Shown here: in pieces, positions 52,974-62,137 of the stretch | How the letters are laid out: each line of letters opens with the position of its first letter | How positions within the stretch are numbered: the first letter of the stretch is position 1 | Source: Bacteroidota bacterium | GTDB taxonomy: Bacteria; Bacteroidota; Bacteroidia; Chitinophagales; JADIYW01 | Assembly: GCA_020436225.1 (NCBI GenBank) | Contig: JAGQYE010000070.1 | Span: forward strand, 16,975 to 80,974 | Reading direction: 5' to 3' | Length of the DNA: 64,000 nt | Position numbers and translations under genes: made by a program | The notes under the pieces: generated by a model | What the model was told of the DNA's origin: nothing | The model's input: only the letters and a program-made list of their open reading frames with translations | The model's database searches: none

Positions 52974-54449
52974 CTATTCCACTCTATTCTTCCAATTAGA
53001 ATCATTATGGATATTGCCGTTTTCGGATAACTCAAAAGTAGCTTGATGTTCACACATTATTTTAGCAGCTAATAAACTTGCCAATTTTAATTCATCAGCG
53101 TTTATCTTTTCAGGATGAAAATAATTTTCTACAAATTTAGTGTCAAAATTGCCTGTTGTAAATGCCGGATGATTTAGTACAAAAGTGCCAAAAGGCAAAG
53201 TTGTTTTCACACCTTCAATTTTATAATCTTGAATGGCTTTTTTTAATTTCTCTATAGCATCTTGTCGGTTGTTGCCATACGCAATTAATTTGGCAATCAT
53301 CGGGTCATAATAAATCGGAATATCCATACCTTCATCAAAACCATCATCAGTGCGAATGCCTTCGCCGTTTGGTGTTTTATATACTTCTAATTTTCCGATA
53401 TCAGGCAAGAAATTATTTTCCGGATCTTCGGCATACACACGCAATTCAACAGCATGTCCTTTCATAGTTAAATCACTTTGTTGGAACGAAAGTTTTTCGC
53501 CACGTGCAATTTTTATTTGCTCTTTTACCAAGTCGATGCCGGTTATCATTTCCGTTACCGGATGTTCCACTTGCAAGCGCGTATTCATCTCCAAAAAATA
53601 AAAATCTAATTTATCGTTTACGATAAATTCTACCGTTCCTGCACCAATATAGTTGACTGATTGCGCCACTTGCACGGCAGCTTCGCCCATTTTTTTACGC
53701 AATTCAGGCGTTAAAACTGCACTTGGAGCTTCTTCCACCACTTTTTGATGTCGGCGTTGTACCGAACAATCGCGCTCAAATAAATGAACAATATTTCCAT
53801 GCTTATCGCCCAACACTTGTATTTCGATATGTCGTGGTGAGTTTACAAATTTCTCGATAAAAACACTGCCATCGCCAAATGCAGATGTAGCTTCAGAAAC
53901 TGCCAACATCATTTGTTCTTCCAATTCTTCTGCATGATGCACAATGCGCATTCCTTTTCCGCCACCGCCGGCACTTGCTTTTATTAAAATAGGAAATCCA
54001 ATATTTTCTGCTAATTTTTTAGCTTCTTCAATATCTGAAATGGGCTGATCGGTGCCGGGCACTAAAGGCACATCAAACTGCGCAACAGCTTGCTTGGCTG
54101 CCAACTTGCTACCCATAATTTCTATAGCTTTTGTGCTTGGACCAATAAAAGTAATTCCATTGTCTTCGCAGGCTTGCGCAAAAGTGGCATTCTCACTCAA
54201 AAAACCATAACCAGGATGAACACCATCCACATTAAGTTGCTTGCAAACATTGATAATCGTATCGATTTTTAAATACGACTCTTTAGATGGTGCCGGACCA
54301 ACACAAATTGCTTCATCTGCAAAACGAACATGTGGTGAATTTCTATCTGCTTCCGAATAAATAGCAACCGTAGAAATGCCCATTAGTTTACAAGTTCGCA
54401 TTACACGCAAAGCAATTTCGCCTCTGTTTGCCACTAATATTTTTTTCAT
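52974..54449 (-). CDS. accC: Biotin carboxylase (acetyl/acyl-CoA carboxylase subunit)
   Basis: MKKILVANRGEIALRV, GYGFLSEN, ASAGGGGKGMRIV, EMNTRLQVEHPVTE. 491 aa with no BCCP domain. Confidence 0.9.
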   Translation of the reverse strand: MKKILVANRGEIALRVMRTCKLMGISTVAIYSEADRNSPHVRFADEAICVGPAPSKESYLKIDTIINVCKQLNVDGVHPGYGFLSENATFAQACEDNGITFIGPSTKAIEIMGSKLAAKQAVAQFDVPLVPGTDQPISDIEEAKKLAENIGFPILIKASAGGGGKGMRIVHHAEELEEQMMLAVSEATSAFGDGSVFIEKFVNSPRHIEIQVLGDKHGNIVHLFERDCSVQRRHQKVVEEAPSAVLTPELRKKMGEAAVQVAQSVNYIGAGTVEFIVNDKLDFYFLEMNTRLQVEHPVTEMITGIDLVKEQIKIARGEKLSFQQSDLTMKGHAVELRVYAEDPENNFLPDIGKLEVYKTPNGEGIRTDDGFDEGMDIPIYYDPMIAKLIAYGNNRQDAIEKLKKAIQDYKIEGVKTTLPFGTFVLNHPAFTTGNFDTKFVENYFHPEKINADELKLASLLAAKIMCEHQATFELSENGNIHNDSNWKNRVE

Positions 54450-54558
54450 TTCAAGAAAATTAGATGCTTGTAAAAATAGTATTTTAATACGAAACCACTA
54501 AGCAACATTACTTATATATCGTTAAGGAATAAATAAGAATGAACGTTGGATTTTTGTT

Positions 54559-55161
54559 TTATTTTATTATGCGAACAGCTTTTAAAAAGCGCTCTTTAAA
54601 ATAATTTTCGGATAAGTTTGAAATCATCACACCTTTTTTATTTCCTGAAGCACTATGAATAAAAGAAATGGAGCCATTGTTGTTTTCTAAAACAATACCA
54701 ACATGTCCACCAACTTTACTTTTGGCATTTGAACCTGTAAACACTAAAACATCTCCTTTTTGTATTTTATTTTTACTTACTATTGAGCCGAAATTCAAGT
54801 AATCATTGGATGTTCGAGGCACTTTGATGTTGAAATGTCCGAAAACGTAATACAAAAAACCGGAACAATCTAAGCCACCTTGTTTCGGGTCTTCGGCTGC
54901 ATATTTATATGGCACGCCAAGTTGTTTTTTGGCAAACCACAATAAACCATCAATATTGATGTTGCTCGAATTTTGATTTTCTGAATTTGAAGAAGAAATA
55001 TCAGCTAAATCAAACGGAATTACTTTTCGATAAACAGAATCTTTAAGTTGAGAGTTTTTGTAAGTTGTTAATGAAGATTTATTTTTTTTCTTTTTTCTAT
55101 TGTTAGCAAAAGAAGTTTGAAATAAGGATAAACAAATCAGCAACATTAAATTAAATCTCAT
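54559..55161 (-). CDS. NlpC/P60 (C40) family peptidase
   Basis: Signal peptide starting at the internal Met (MRFNLMLLICLSLFQTSFA). Catalytic GLDCSGFLYYVF and GHVGIV. The start at 55161 is preferred over 55203. Confidence 0.8.
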   Translation of the reverse strand: MRFNLMLLICLSLFQTSFANNRKKKKNKSSLTTYKNSQLKDSVYRKVIPFDLADISSSNSENQNSSNINIDGLLWFAKKQLGVPYKYAAEDPKQGGLDCSGFLYYVFGHFNIKVPRTSNDYLNFGSIVSKNKIQKGDVLVFTGSNAKSKVGGHVGIVLENNNGSISFIHSASGNKKGVMISNLSENYFKERFLKAVRIIK

Positions 55162-55221
55162 TTTCGAAAGTTTTGATGTCAAATAAATAGAAACGCAATG
55201 CAAATAGTTAGCAAAATAACC

Positions 55222-55229
55222 TATTTTTG
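55222..55229 (+). promoter_or_regulatory. -7 promoter box (TATTTTTG) for ccmB-like operon
   Basis: Exact match 16 nt before the GTG at 55246. This implies the ORF-track start at 55198 lies upstream of the transcript. Confidence 0.4.
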
Positions 55230-55245
55230 TAATTATACAATTTTC

Positions 55246-55899
55246 GTGCTAAAAAATATTTTTCAACTTGTAAAAAGAGAAATAAAATTAGAATGGCGAC
55301 AAAAAACGGCGCTGGGTTCTATATTTATTTATGTTATAGGCACTTGTTTTTTGATTTATTTGACTTTACAAGGTCTAATTACAATTCCGGTTTGGATTGC
55401 ACTTTTTTGGGTTTTAGCCTTGTTTACTACGGTTAATGCTGTTTCAAAATCTTTCGTGAAAGATGCTAACGAACAATTTTATTATTTGCGTTTTTTAGTT
55501 TCGCCAGTAGAAATTATTTTATCTAAAATAATATACAATGCTTTGCTGATAACCTTATTAGCATTGGTTATTTACGCCTTTATGTTTTTATTTTTCAATG
55601 AGAAAATAGAAAATGATGGTTTGTTTTTGTGCACGATTATTTTAGGTTCAGTAGGCTTTTCTAATTTGTTTACCTTATTATCTTCAATCACGGCAAGAAC
55701 GCAAAATTTTGTTTTGTTAGCCATATTAGGTTTTCCAATTATTTTACCTTTATTATTGTTGATAGTTAAAATGAGTGCTTTATCCAATTTTGCCATCCAA
55801 CAAAAAGATATTTATATGCATTTAGGTGCTATATCGTTATTAAATCTGATAACTATCATTCTTTCCATTGTATTGTTTCCGTATATTTGGAAAGATTAA
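55246..55899 (+). CDS. ccmB: CcmB-like heme exporter permease
   Basis: Six hydrophobic helices and the N-terminal LKNIFQLVKREIKLEWRQK typical of CcmB. Followed by ccmC-like and ccmD-like genes. Confidence 0.65.
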   Translation: MLKNIFQLVKREIKLEWRQKTALGSIFIYVIGTCFLIYLTLQGLITIPVWIALFWVLALFTTVNAVSKSFVKDANEQFYYLRFLVSPVEIILSKIIYNALLITLLALVIYAFMFLFFNEKIENDGLFLCTIILGSVGFSNLFTLLSSITARTQNFVLLAILGFPIILPLLLLIVKMSALSNFAIQQKDIYMHLGAISLLNLITIILSIVLFPYIWKD

Positions 55900-55913
55900 A
55901 TCTTATTTTGAGT

Positions 55914-56591
55914 ATGAAAAATTGGTGGAAAATTCTCTGTATTCTTTTATTGTTTTATACCATCATTTTTGGTTTTTTAGGGCCAATTCCTGAGTTAAAC
56001 ATTTTAGAAGAATCCATTCGAAATTTATATTTCCATGTGCCAATGTGGTTTGCCATGATGTTGATGATGTTTGTTTCCTTAGTGTATAGTATTTTATATT
56101 TAAATAAATCAAAAATCGATTTTGATATCAAAGCCAATGCTTTTGCTAAAGCCGGATTTTTGTTTGGAATGTTGGGTATAATTACCGGCTCTATTTGGGC
56201 TCGTTCAACTTGGGGTGCTTGGTGGGTTTTTCAAGAAGTAAAGTTGAACGGTGCTGCTGCCGGATTATTGGTTTATGCAGCTTATTTCATCCTTCGTGGT
56301 TCTTTTGATGATGAAGAAAAGAAAGCTCGATTTGCTGCGGTATATTCTATTTTTGCATTTTGTATGTTTATGGTTTTAATAAACGTTATTCCACGCATTA
56401 GTAATTCGTCTTTACATCCCGGAAATGGTGGAAATCCAGGCTTTAATTCGTATGATTTAGATAATGACTTACGTTTAGTATTTTATCCTGCAGTATTAGG
56501 TTGGGTTTTATTATCTACATGGATTGCAACTTTATTAATAAGAATAGAGAAGATATTTAGAAAAAAACACGGTTTAGATTTAACGAAATAA
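55914..56591 (+). CDS. ccmC: CcmC-like heme export / cytochrome c assembly protein
   Basis: Polytopic protein with the Trp-rich loop WARSTWGAWWVF and conserved His residues (YFHVPMW, SLHPG). The ATG at 55914 is preferred over the TTG at 55887. Confidence 0.75.
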   Translation: MKNWWKILCILLLFYTIIFGFLGPIPELNILEESIRNLYFHVPMWFAMMLMMFVSLVYSILYLNKSKIDFDIKANAFAKAGFLFGMLGIITGSIWARSTWGAWWVFQEVKLNGAAAGLLVYAAYFILRGSFDDEEKKARFAAVYSIFAFCMFMVLINVIPRISNSSLHPGNGGNPGFNSYDLDNDLRLVFYPAVLGWVLLSTWIATLLIRIEKIFRKKHGLDLTK

Positions 56592-56660
56592 TCCACTCCT
56601 TATTTTTAGTTATTTTATATTAGATTAGACTTATTCAAAAAATTATTTAACCGGATATAT

Positions 56661-56870
56661 ATGAAAAATGGAATTTTAATTTTACTTTTCGCAAGTGTTT
56701 CTAAAATGTTAAATGCACAACCGACTTCAGTAGCTGAAAATTTAACTAACAACGGTAAATTGAATGCTGTTGTGGCTGTAGTAGCTGTTATTTTGTTGGG
56801 CATTTTCATTTTTCTTTTCTATTTAGAAAAGAAAATAAAAAAACTCGAGCAAGAAGTAAATAATTCATAA
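56661..56870 (+). CDS. CcmD-like small membrane protein (alternative Bacteroidota form)
   Basis: 69 aa with a signal-like N-terminus, GKLNAVVAVVAVILLGIFIFLFYLEKKIKKLEQE, and one TM helix. Located directly after the ccmC-like gene. Confidence 0.6.
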   Translation: MKNGILILLFASVSKMLNAQPTSVAENLTNNGKLNAVVAVVAVILLGIFIFLFYLEKKIKKLEQEVNNS

Positions 56871-56871
56871 T

Positions 56872-58281
56872 ATGAGCGAGCAAATTAAGTTCTTTCAAAA
56901 CGTTCAAACCTACGTAGAGCAAGCAGCAGCATTTACCGATCTTTCTAAAGGTTTAATTGATCAAATTAAAGCATGTAATGCCGTTTATCGAATCAATTTT
57001 CCGGTAAAAATTAAAGACAAAATCAAAGTAATAGAAGCTTATAGAGTCCAGCACTCGCACCATAGAATGCCAACAAAAGGAGGAATTCGCTATAGTATTA
57101 TGGTTGACCAAGATGAAGTAATGGCATTGGCTGCTTTGATGACATATAAATGTGCTGTCGTAAATGTGCCATTTGGTGGTGCTAAAGGTGGCATAAAGAT
57201 CAATCCCAAAGAATATACAGAAGAAGAATTAGAGCGTATCACGCGTCGATATGCTTTTGAATTAATTAAGAAAGGTTTTATCGGACCTTCTTTAGATGTG
57301 CCTGCACCGGATTATGGAACCGGCGAACGGGAGATGAGTTGGATAGTAGATACTTATATGCAATTCAACCAACAAGAAATTAATGGTCATGCTTGCGTAA
57401 CTGGAAAACCAATCGGGCAAGGTGGTATTCACGGACGAACAGAAGCAACCGGTCGTGGTGTATTTTATGGCTTGCGTTATGCTTGTACGTTTGCTGATGA
57501 TATGAAGAAGTTAGGCTTAGAACCCGGATTAGAAGGCAAAAGTGTGATTATTCAAGGTTTTGGAAATGTTGGCTATTATTCTGCCAAAGTAATGTATGAA
57601 AATGGAGCTAAAATTATTGGTATTGCTGAGTATGAAGGAGGATTGTATAATCCAAATGGCATTGATATAGATGATTTGAAGAAATATCAACTAAGAAATA
57701 AAACCATCAAGAATTATCCGAAAGCCAAATTTATAAAACAATCAAGTTTATTGTTAGAAGAAGCTTGTGATATTTTAATTCCGGCGGCCTTAGAAAATCA
57801 AATTACTAAAGATAACGCACCGCGAATAAAAGCAAAAATTATTGGTGAAGCCGCCAATGGACCAATTACTCCAAATGCAGAAGCCATTCTTCAGAAAAAA
57901 GGTATCATGATAATTCCGGATATGTATTTGAATGCCGGTGGTGTTACGGTTTCTTATTTTGAATGGTTGAAAAACCTTTCACATGTTAGCTTTGGTCGTT
58001 TAGATCATCGCCACCAAGATGAATCATTTAATAGAATAGTGGACTTAATTGAAACCAACACAGGAAGACGAATTTCAAAACGAGAAAAAAGTGCTTTGCG
58101 TGGTGCAGATGAATTAGATATCGTTCGATCCGGATTAGAAGATACGATGATTTCATCTTATGAAAATATTCGAACTATTTTTAAGCGACATAAAAAAATG
58201 CAAGGACTTCGCACTGCTGCCTATGTTGATGCTTTAGAAAAAATAGGCATTACCTATGCAAAAATGGGCGTTTTCCCTTGA
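56872..58281 (+). CDS. Glu/Leu/Phe/Val dehydrogenase family (glutamate dehydrogenase-like)
   Basis: PTKGGIRY, VPFGGAKGGI, QGFGNVG, NAGGVTVSYFEW. 469 aa. Confidence 0.9.
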   Translation: MSEQIKFFQNVQTYVEQAAAFTDLSKGLIDQIKACNAVYRINFPVKIKDKIKVIEAYRVQHSHHRMPTKGGIRYSIMVDQDEVMALAALMTYKCAVVNVPFGGAKGGIKINPKEYTEEELERITRRYAFELIKKGFIGPSLDVPAPDYGTGEREMSWIVDTYMQFNQQEINGHACVTGKPIGQGGIHGRTEATGRGVFYGLRYACTFADDMKKLGLEPGLEGKSVIIQGFGNVGYYSAKVMYENGAKIIGIAEYEGGLYNPNGIDIDDLKKYQLRNKTIKNYPKAKFIKQSSLLLEEACDILIPAALENQITKDNAPRIKAKIIGEAANGPITPNAEAILQKKGIMIIPDMYLNAGGVTVSYFEWLKNLSHVSFGRLDHRHQDESFNRIVDLIETNTGRRISKREKSALRGADELDIVRSGLEDTMISSYENIRTIFKRHKKMQGLRTAAYVDALEKIGITYAKMGVFP

Positions 58282-58417
58282 TTAAAACCCAAAATAATTT
58301 GTGTATTTATCAATAGGACTTATTCACATGTATGGATAGTTCAGTTTCTATTTCAATTTAGAAAGGTTTATTTTTATAGTAATATAAATTGATTTTCTTT
58401 AATCTAAAGTATATTTT

Positions 58418-58801
58418 ATGAAAACTATTCTGCACTTTGGTATTCTGATTTTATTCAGTATGCAATTAGTAGCCAACCCACAAGATGGAGTTCGACCTTC
58501 ATTTCCGGGTGGAAGTGAGGCTTTATTCAAATTCTTAGATGAAAATTTAAAATACCCGGAACAAGCACAACAAGAAAAATGGCAAGGAAAAACACTTGTT
58601 GGTTTTACGGTAAATGAAGATGGAACTTTAAGTAATATTAGAGTGGTAAAATCTTCTTGGACTATATTAGATCAAGAAGCATTACGTATTATAAAAATGA
58701 TGCCCAAGTGGATTCCTGCAAATTTCAATGGCATTGCTCAAAAAGAAATGGTTGTCTTGCCGATAGTATTCGATTTAACGCGCAAAAACATTAAATATTA
58801 A
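58418..58801 (+). CDS. TonB C-terminal domain protein (short, secreted)
   Basis: Signal peptide, then PSFPGGSEALFKFLDENLKYPEQAQQEKWQGKTLVGFTVNEDGTLSNIRVVKS...LDQEALRIIKMMPKW. Confidence 0.8.
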   Translation: MKTILHFGILILFSMQLVANPQDGVRPSFPGGSEALFKFLDENLKYPEQAQQEKWQGKTLVGFTVNEDGTLSNIRVVKSSWTILDQEALRIIKMMPKWIPANFNGIAQKEMVVLPIVFDLTRKNIKY

Positions 58802-58824
58802 TTTAGAGAAGACTCCTTCAAAAT

Positions 58825-59601
58825 ATGAAATCAAAAGAAGAAATTGTACATAATTGGTTACCTCGATATACAGGAAAAGAACTGAAAGATTTTGGTGAGT
58901 ATATCATTCTTACAAATTTTAATAAATATGTTCATTTATTTGCTGAGTGGAATAATGTAGAAGTTATTGGTGAAGACAAACCTATGCCCAATGCGACAGC
59001 CAATAATATTACCATTATTAATTTTGGGATGGGAAGTCCGTTAGCCGCAACCATTATGGATTTACTTTCTGCTATTAAACCTCAAGCCGCTTTGTTTTTA
59101 GGTAAATGTGGCGGTTTGAAAAAGAAAAATGAAATTGGTGATTTTATTTTACCAATTGCAGCCATTCGTGGTGACGGAACTTCAAATGATTATTTCCCGG
59201 CAGAAGTTCCGGCATTGCCTTCGTTTGCTTTACAAAAAGCAATTTCTACCACAATTAGAGAACATAAACAAGATTATTGGACAGGAACAGTGTTTACTAC
59301 AAACAGACGTGTTTGGGAGCACGATGATAATTTCAAAGAATATTTACGCACCATTCGTGCCATGGCAATAGATATGGAAACAGCAACTTTATTTTCTGTC
59401 GCTTTTGCAAATGAAATTCCGGTTGGTGCTTTATTGTTAGTTTCCGATCAACCAATGATTCCGGAAGGAGTAAAAACAGAAGAAAGCGACCAAAAAGTAA
59501 CCAAAAATTTTGTGGATTTACATTTACAAATCGGCATTGATTCATTAAAACAATTAATGAATCGTACTACAACGATCAAGCATTTAAGGTTTGAAGATTA
59601 A
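58825..59601 (+). CDS. AMP nucleosidase-like / PNP_UDP_1 family nucleoside phosphorylase
   Basis: NFGMGSPLAATIMDLL, LGKCGGL, AIDMETATLF. 258 aa. Confidence 0.75.
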   Translation: MKSKEEIVHNWLPRYTGKELKDFGEYIILTNFNKYVHLFAEWNNVEVIGEDKPMPNATANNITIINFGMGSPLAATIMDLLSAIKPQAALFLGKCGGLKKKNEIGDFILPIAAIRGDGTSNDYFPAEVPALPSFALQKAISTTIREHKQDYWTGTVFTTNRRVWEHDDNFKEYLRTIRAMAIDMETATLFSVAFANEIPVGALLLVSDQPMIPEGVKTEESDQKVTKNFVDLHLQIGIDSLKQLMNRTTTIKHLRFED

Positions 59602-60542
59602 TCGTTGAGCTGATCACTTCTTATTGCTTTGTTTAGGGCAATGCTGTTGTTTAATTCAAATCCAAACAATAGCACTAATGCATTTAGATAAATCAACATC
59701 ATTATTACAATCATAATACCTAACGAACCAAACAAACGGTTGAAATTATTGAGGTATGAGGCATATATCTGAAATCCATAAGTCATTAAAATGGAAAAAA
59801 TGGTAGCGAATGTGGCACCGGCAGAAAAATAGCGATATTTCTTTTTCACCGATGGTCCGAAATAATAAATCAATGCAATTATATTAAAAAAACTGGCGAA
59901 CAATAATAACATTTTTACTATTCTCAATATATAATAAGTGATGATGCTTTTTGTGTGTAGCCATTTTAACATGAATAGAATCACTTCTTTTCCTTTTACC
60001 ACTAATAAAACTCCTATAATGATTTGAATGCAAACTAAAAATAGAATTCGAATAGCAGCAATCCTTTTTTGCCACCATTTTCGTTCTTTAAATGTCTGAT
60101 TCATTTTATCAAAAGCTTTCATCATGGAATTTACACCATTAGATGCAACAAACATGGCTAAAAAGAAATTGATAGATAGTATGCCTCCATGTTGCCTGCT
60201 TACAGTATCTTTTATGGTGTTTTTGAAAATAAAAAAAACATCTTGAGGCAAAATTACACTTATACTTTTTAGTACTTTTTCATCGAATCTATCAATTGGA
60301 ATATATGGAATCAAGGAAAAGAAAAAGATGATACTTGGTATTAATGCCAAGATGAAATAGAAAGAAATCGAAGAGGCACGAATGGAAATATCATCATTTT
60401 TTACTTCTTCTTTAAATTTATAAATTACATCATAGATGGCTACTCCTTCAAATCCTGGTAAAGTAAATTGTTTCCATTTTTCTTGAAATCGTTCAGAACG
60501 GAATAAGCGTTTATATTTTTGTGCAACCTCTTTAATCGACAT
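59598..60542 (-). CDS. YihY/BrkB family membrane protein
   Basis: RASSISFYFILALIPSIIF and six TM helices. 314 aa. Its 3' end overlaps the convergent neighbour by 4 nt. Confidence 0.8.
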   Translation of the reverse strand: MSIKEVAQKYKRLFRSERFQEKWKQFTLPGFEGVAIYDVIYKFKEEVKNDDISIRASSISFYFILALIPSIIFFFSLIPYIPIDRFDEKVLKSISVILPQDVFFIFKNTIKDTVSRQHGGILSINFFLAMFVASNGVNSMMKAFDKMNQTFKERKWWQKRIAAIRILFLVCIQIIIGVLLVVKGKEVILFMLKWLHTKSIITYYILRIVKMLLLFASFFNIIALIYYFGPSVKKKYRYFSAGATFATIFSILMTYGFQIYASYLNNFNRLFGSLGIMIVIMMLIYLNALVLLFGFELNNSIALNKAIRSDQLND

Positions 60543-60578
60543 AAAGCTAAAATAAAGATACTTTTTGTATTAAATAAA

Positions 60579-61619
60579 TTAGTGTCTAATATTCCGTTCA
60601 TTCAATGCCTGTTGATATTTACGCGCATTTGCTTGGTGTTCTTGCCAAGTAGCCGCAAAATTTGAATAGCCTGAAAAATCTTCTTTTGCACAAAAATATA
60701 AATAATCATGTTCTTCAGCATCTAAGGTTTCGTCAATACTTTTTAGTTCAGGTAAACAAATTGGTCCGGGTGGGAGTCCTTTATGAATATATGTATTATA
60801 AGGAGATTGAATTTTTAAATCTATGTGTAAAACACGTCGACTTACGCCTAATCTTTTTAGCGCATATAAAACAGTTGGGTCAGCTTGTAAAGGCATTCCA
60901 ATTTTTATTCTATTTAAATAAACGCCAGCAATTATTGGATATTCGTCGTATTTGTTACTTTCTTTTTGTATGATAGAAGCTAAGATGGTAATTTCAGTAG
61001 GAGATAAACCTAATTTTTCTGCCTTAGAACGTCGAGACGAATTCCAAAATTTGTCATATTCTTTCAGCATTCGATTGATAAACTCTTGTGCTGATGTGTT
61101 CCAATAAAATTCGTATGTATTAGCTAAAAATATAGTTGGAAAATTATCTTCGGTAAGATGTAATGAATCTAATAAGTTTGGATTATTAAACGCTTGAAGT
61201 AAGCTGGATTGAGAAGCTTCAATTTTAGTTGAAATTATTTTTGCTAAATGAGCTTTATCCTGAATGTTATTAAATGTAATGCGAACAGGATCTTGTCTGC
61301 CTGAGCGTAATTTCTGCACGATAAATAGATTACCACTATTATTTCCGATTTCGTATCTGCCAGGTTTTATTTTATTTGCATAACCTAACTTTTCTGCAAC
61401 AATTTTGAATGTAGTTATATTCTTAATTATTTTTTCATTTTTCAATTCATATAAAACATCATTATATGTTGCTCCGGTATGAATAAAGATAATTTGTTCC
61501 TTTTTTCCTGATTTATTGTCGATAATATTGTCCTTAAAAAGGAGATTGTAGGAGAAAAATATGCCAATTATGGCAATAAATACCAATAAAAGTGTAGAAA
61601 TTGCAATTTTTTTTTTCAC
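60579..61619 (-). CDS. mltG: Endolytic murein transglycosylase MltG (YceG-like)
   Basis: GTG start and an N-terminal TM anchor. LASIIQKES, GVYLNRIKIGMPLQADPTV, SPYNTYIHKGLPPGPI. Confidence 0.9.
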   Translation of the reverse strand: MKKKIAISTLLLVFIAIIGIFFSYNLLFKDNIIDNKSGKKEQIIFIHTGATYNDVLYELKNEKIIKNITTFKIVAEKLGYANKIKPGRYEIGNNSGNLFIVQKLRSGRQDPVRITFNNIQDKAHLAKIISTKIEASQSSLLQAFNNPNLLDSLHLTEDNFPTIFLANTYEFYWNTSAQEFINRMLKEYDKFWNSSRRSKAEKLGLSPTEITILASIIQKESNKYDEYPIIAGVYLNRIKIGMPLQADPTVLYALKRLGVSRRVLHIDLKIQSPYNTYIHKGLPPGPICLPELKSIDETLDAEEHDYLYFCAKEDFSGYSNFAATWQEHQANARKYQQALNERNIRH

Positions 61620-61698
61620 TTTTTTTATTAATTAATGTATTGATTATTAATTACTTGAGAATGTAAAGATAGAAAAAATTGAGTAAAATCAAAAAAAA

Positions 61699-61737
61699 GT
61701 TAAACAACTATTTGCATTAATCAAAAAGTTGTTTAAC
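61699..61737 (+). other. 10-bp perfect hairpin GTTAAACAAC-N19-GTTGTTTAAC
   Basis: Seen directly in the sequence. It lies 40 nt upstream of the terminator-like hairpin at 61777. Confidence 0.4.
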
Positions 61738-61776
61738 TTTGAAGTAGGGTTTTTATGTTTCTAGACTTTAGGTCTG

Positions 61777-61811
61777 TCGGGTTTTGTGCAATGCAAAACC
61801 CGATTTTTTTT
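61777..61811 (+). terminator. Orphan plus-strand intrinsic terminator-like hairpin
   Basis: TCGGGTTTTG-TGCAATG-CAAAACCCGA (10-bp stem) followed by T8. No plus-strand gene lies upstream, because both flanking genes are on the minus strand. Confidence 0.55.
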
Positions 61812-62137
61812 GCCTAATATCTAAAATCATCTGTAAATACAGAATAATAATTTGTAAGAAAATAACTTTCAGAGAATACTTAGTTCGTTAGGTTTTTACG
61901 TTATGTTGTAGTTTAGTTCCCCGATAAGTGTTCTTACTTCTTATCAATACAAATATGAATAGAATTCTGCACACTAAATTGTCAACAATATGCAAAAAGT
62001 GACTAACCTATTTGATGAAATAAATACTAAAGTAATTGATAATCAGTAGATTGGCTTTGAAAATAAAATAAATTCAGTGACATATTGATACGAAATATAC
62101 TTTTCAATTTATTTTCAATATCAATAAATAGACTGAA

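Noticed and set aside
61604-61619. A10 homopolymer in codons 2-5 of mltG as a phase-variation switch
   Set aside because: Lys-rich N-termini encoded by A-runs are common in AT-rich genomes. Similar runs occur at 24885 and 55081. There is no evidence of length variation from a single sequence.
61955-62048. Tiny plus-strand ORFs (15 aa MNRILHTKLSTICKK and 19 aa MQKVTNLFDEINTKVIDNQ) in the mltG/gcvP spacer
   Set aside because: They are too short, have no promoter box or conservation evidence, and could arise by chance.
62060-62137. Long AT-rich imperfect hairpin plus T-rich tract (minus strand) directly after the gcvP stop, as the gcvP terminator
   Set aside because: Only 6 + 7 bp of A/T-rich pairing are split by a 6x5 internal loop and a 28-nt apical loop. 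It is plausible but not supportable without folding energies or 3'-end data.
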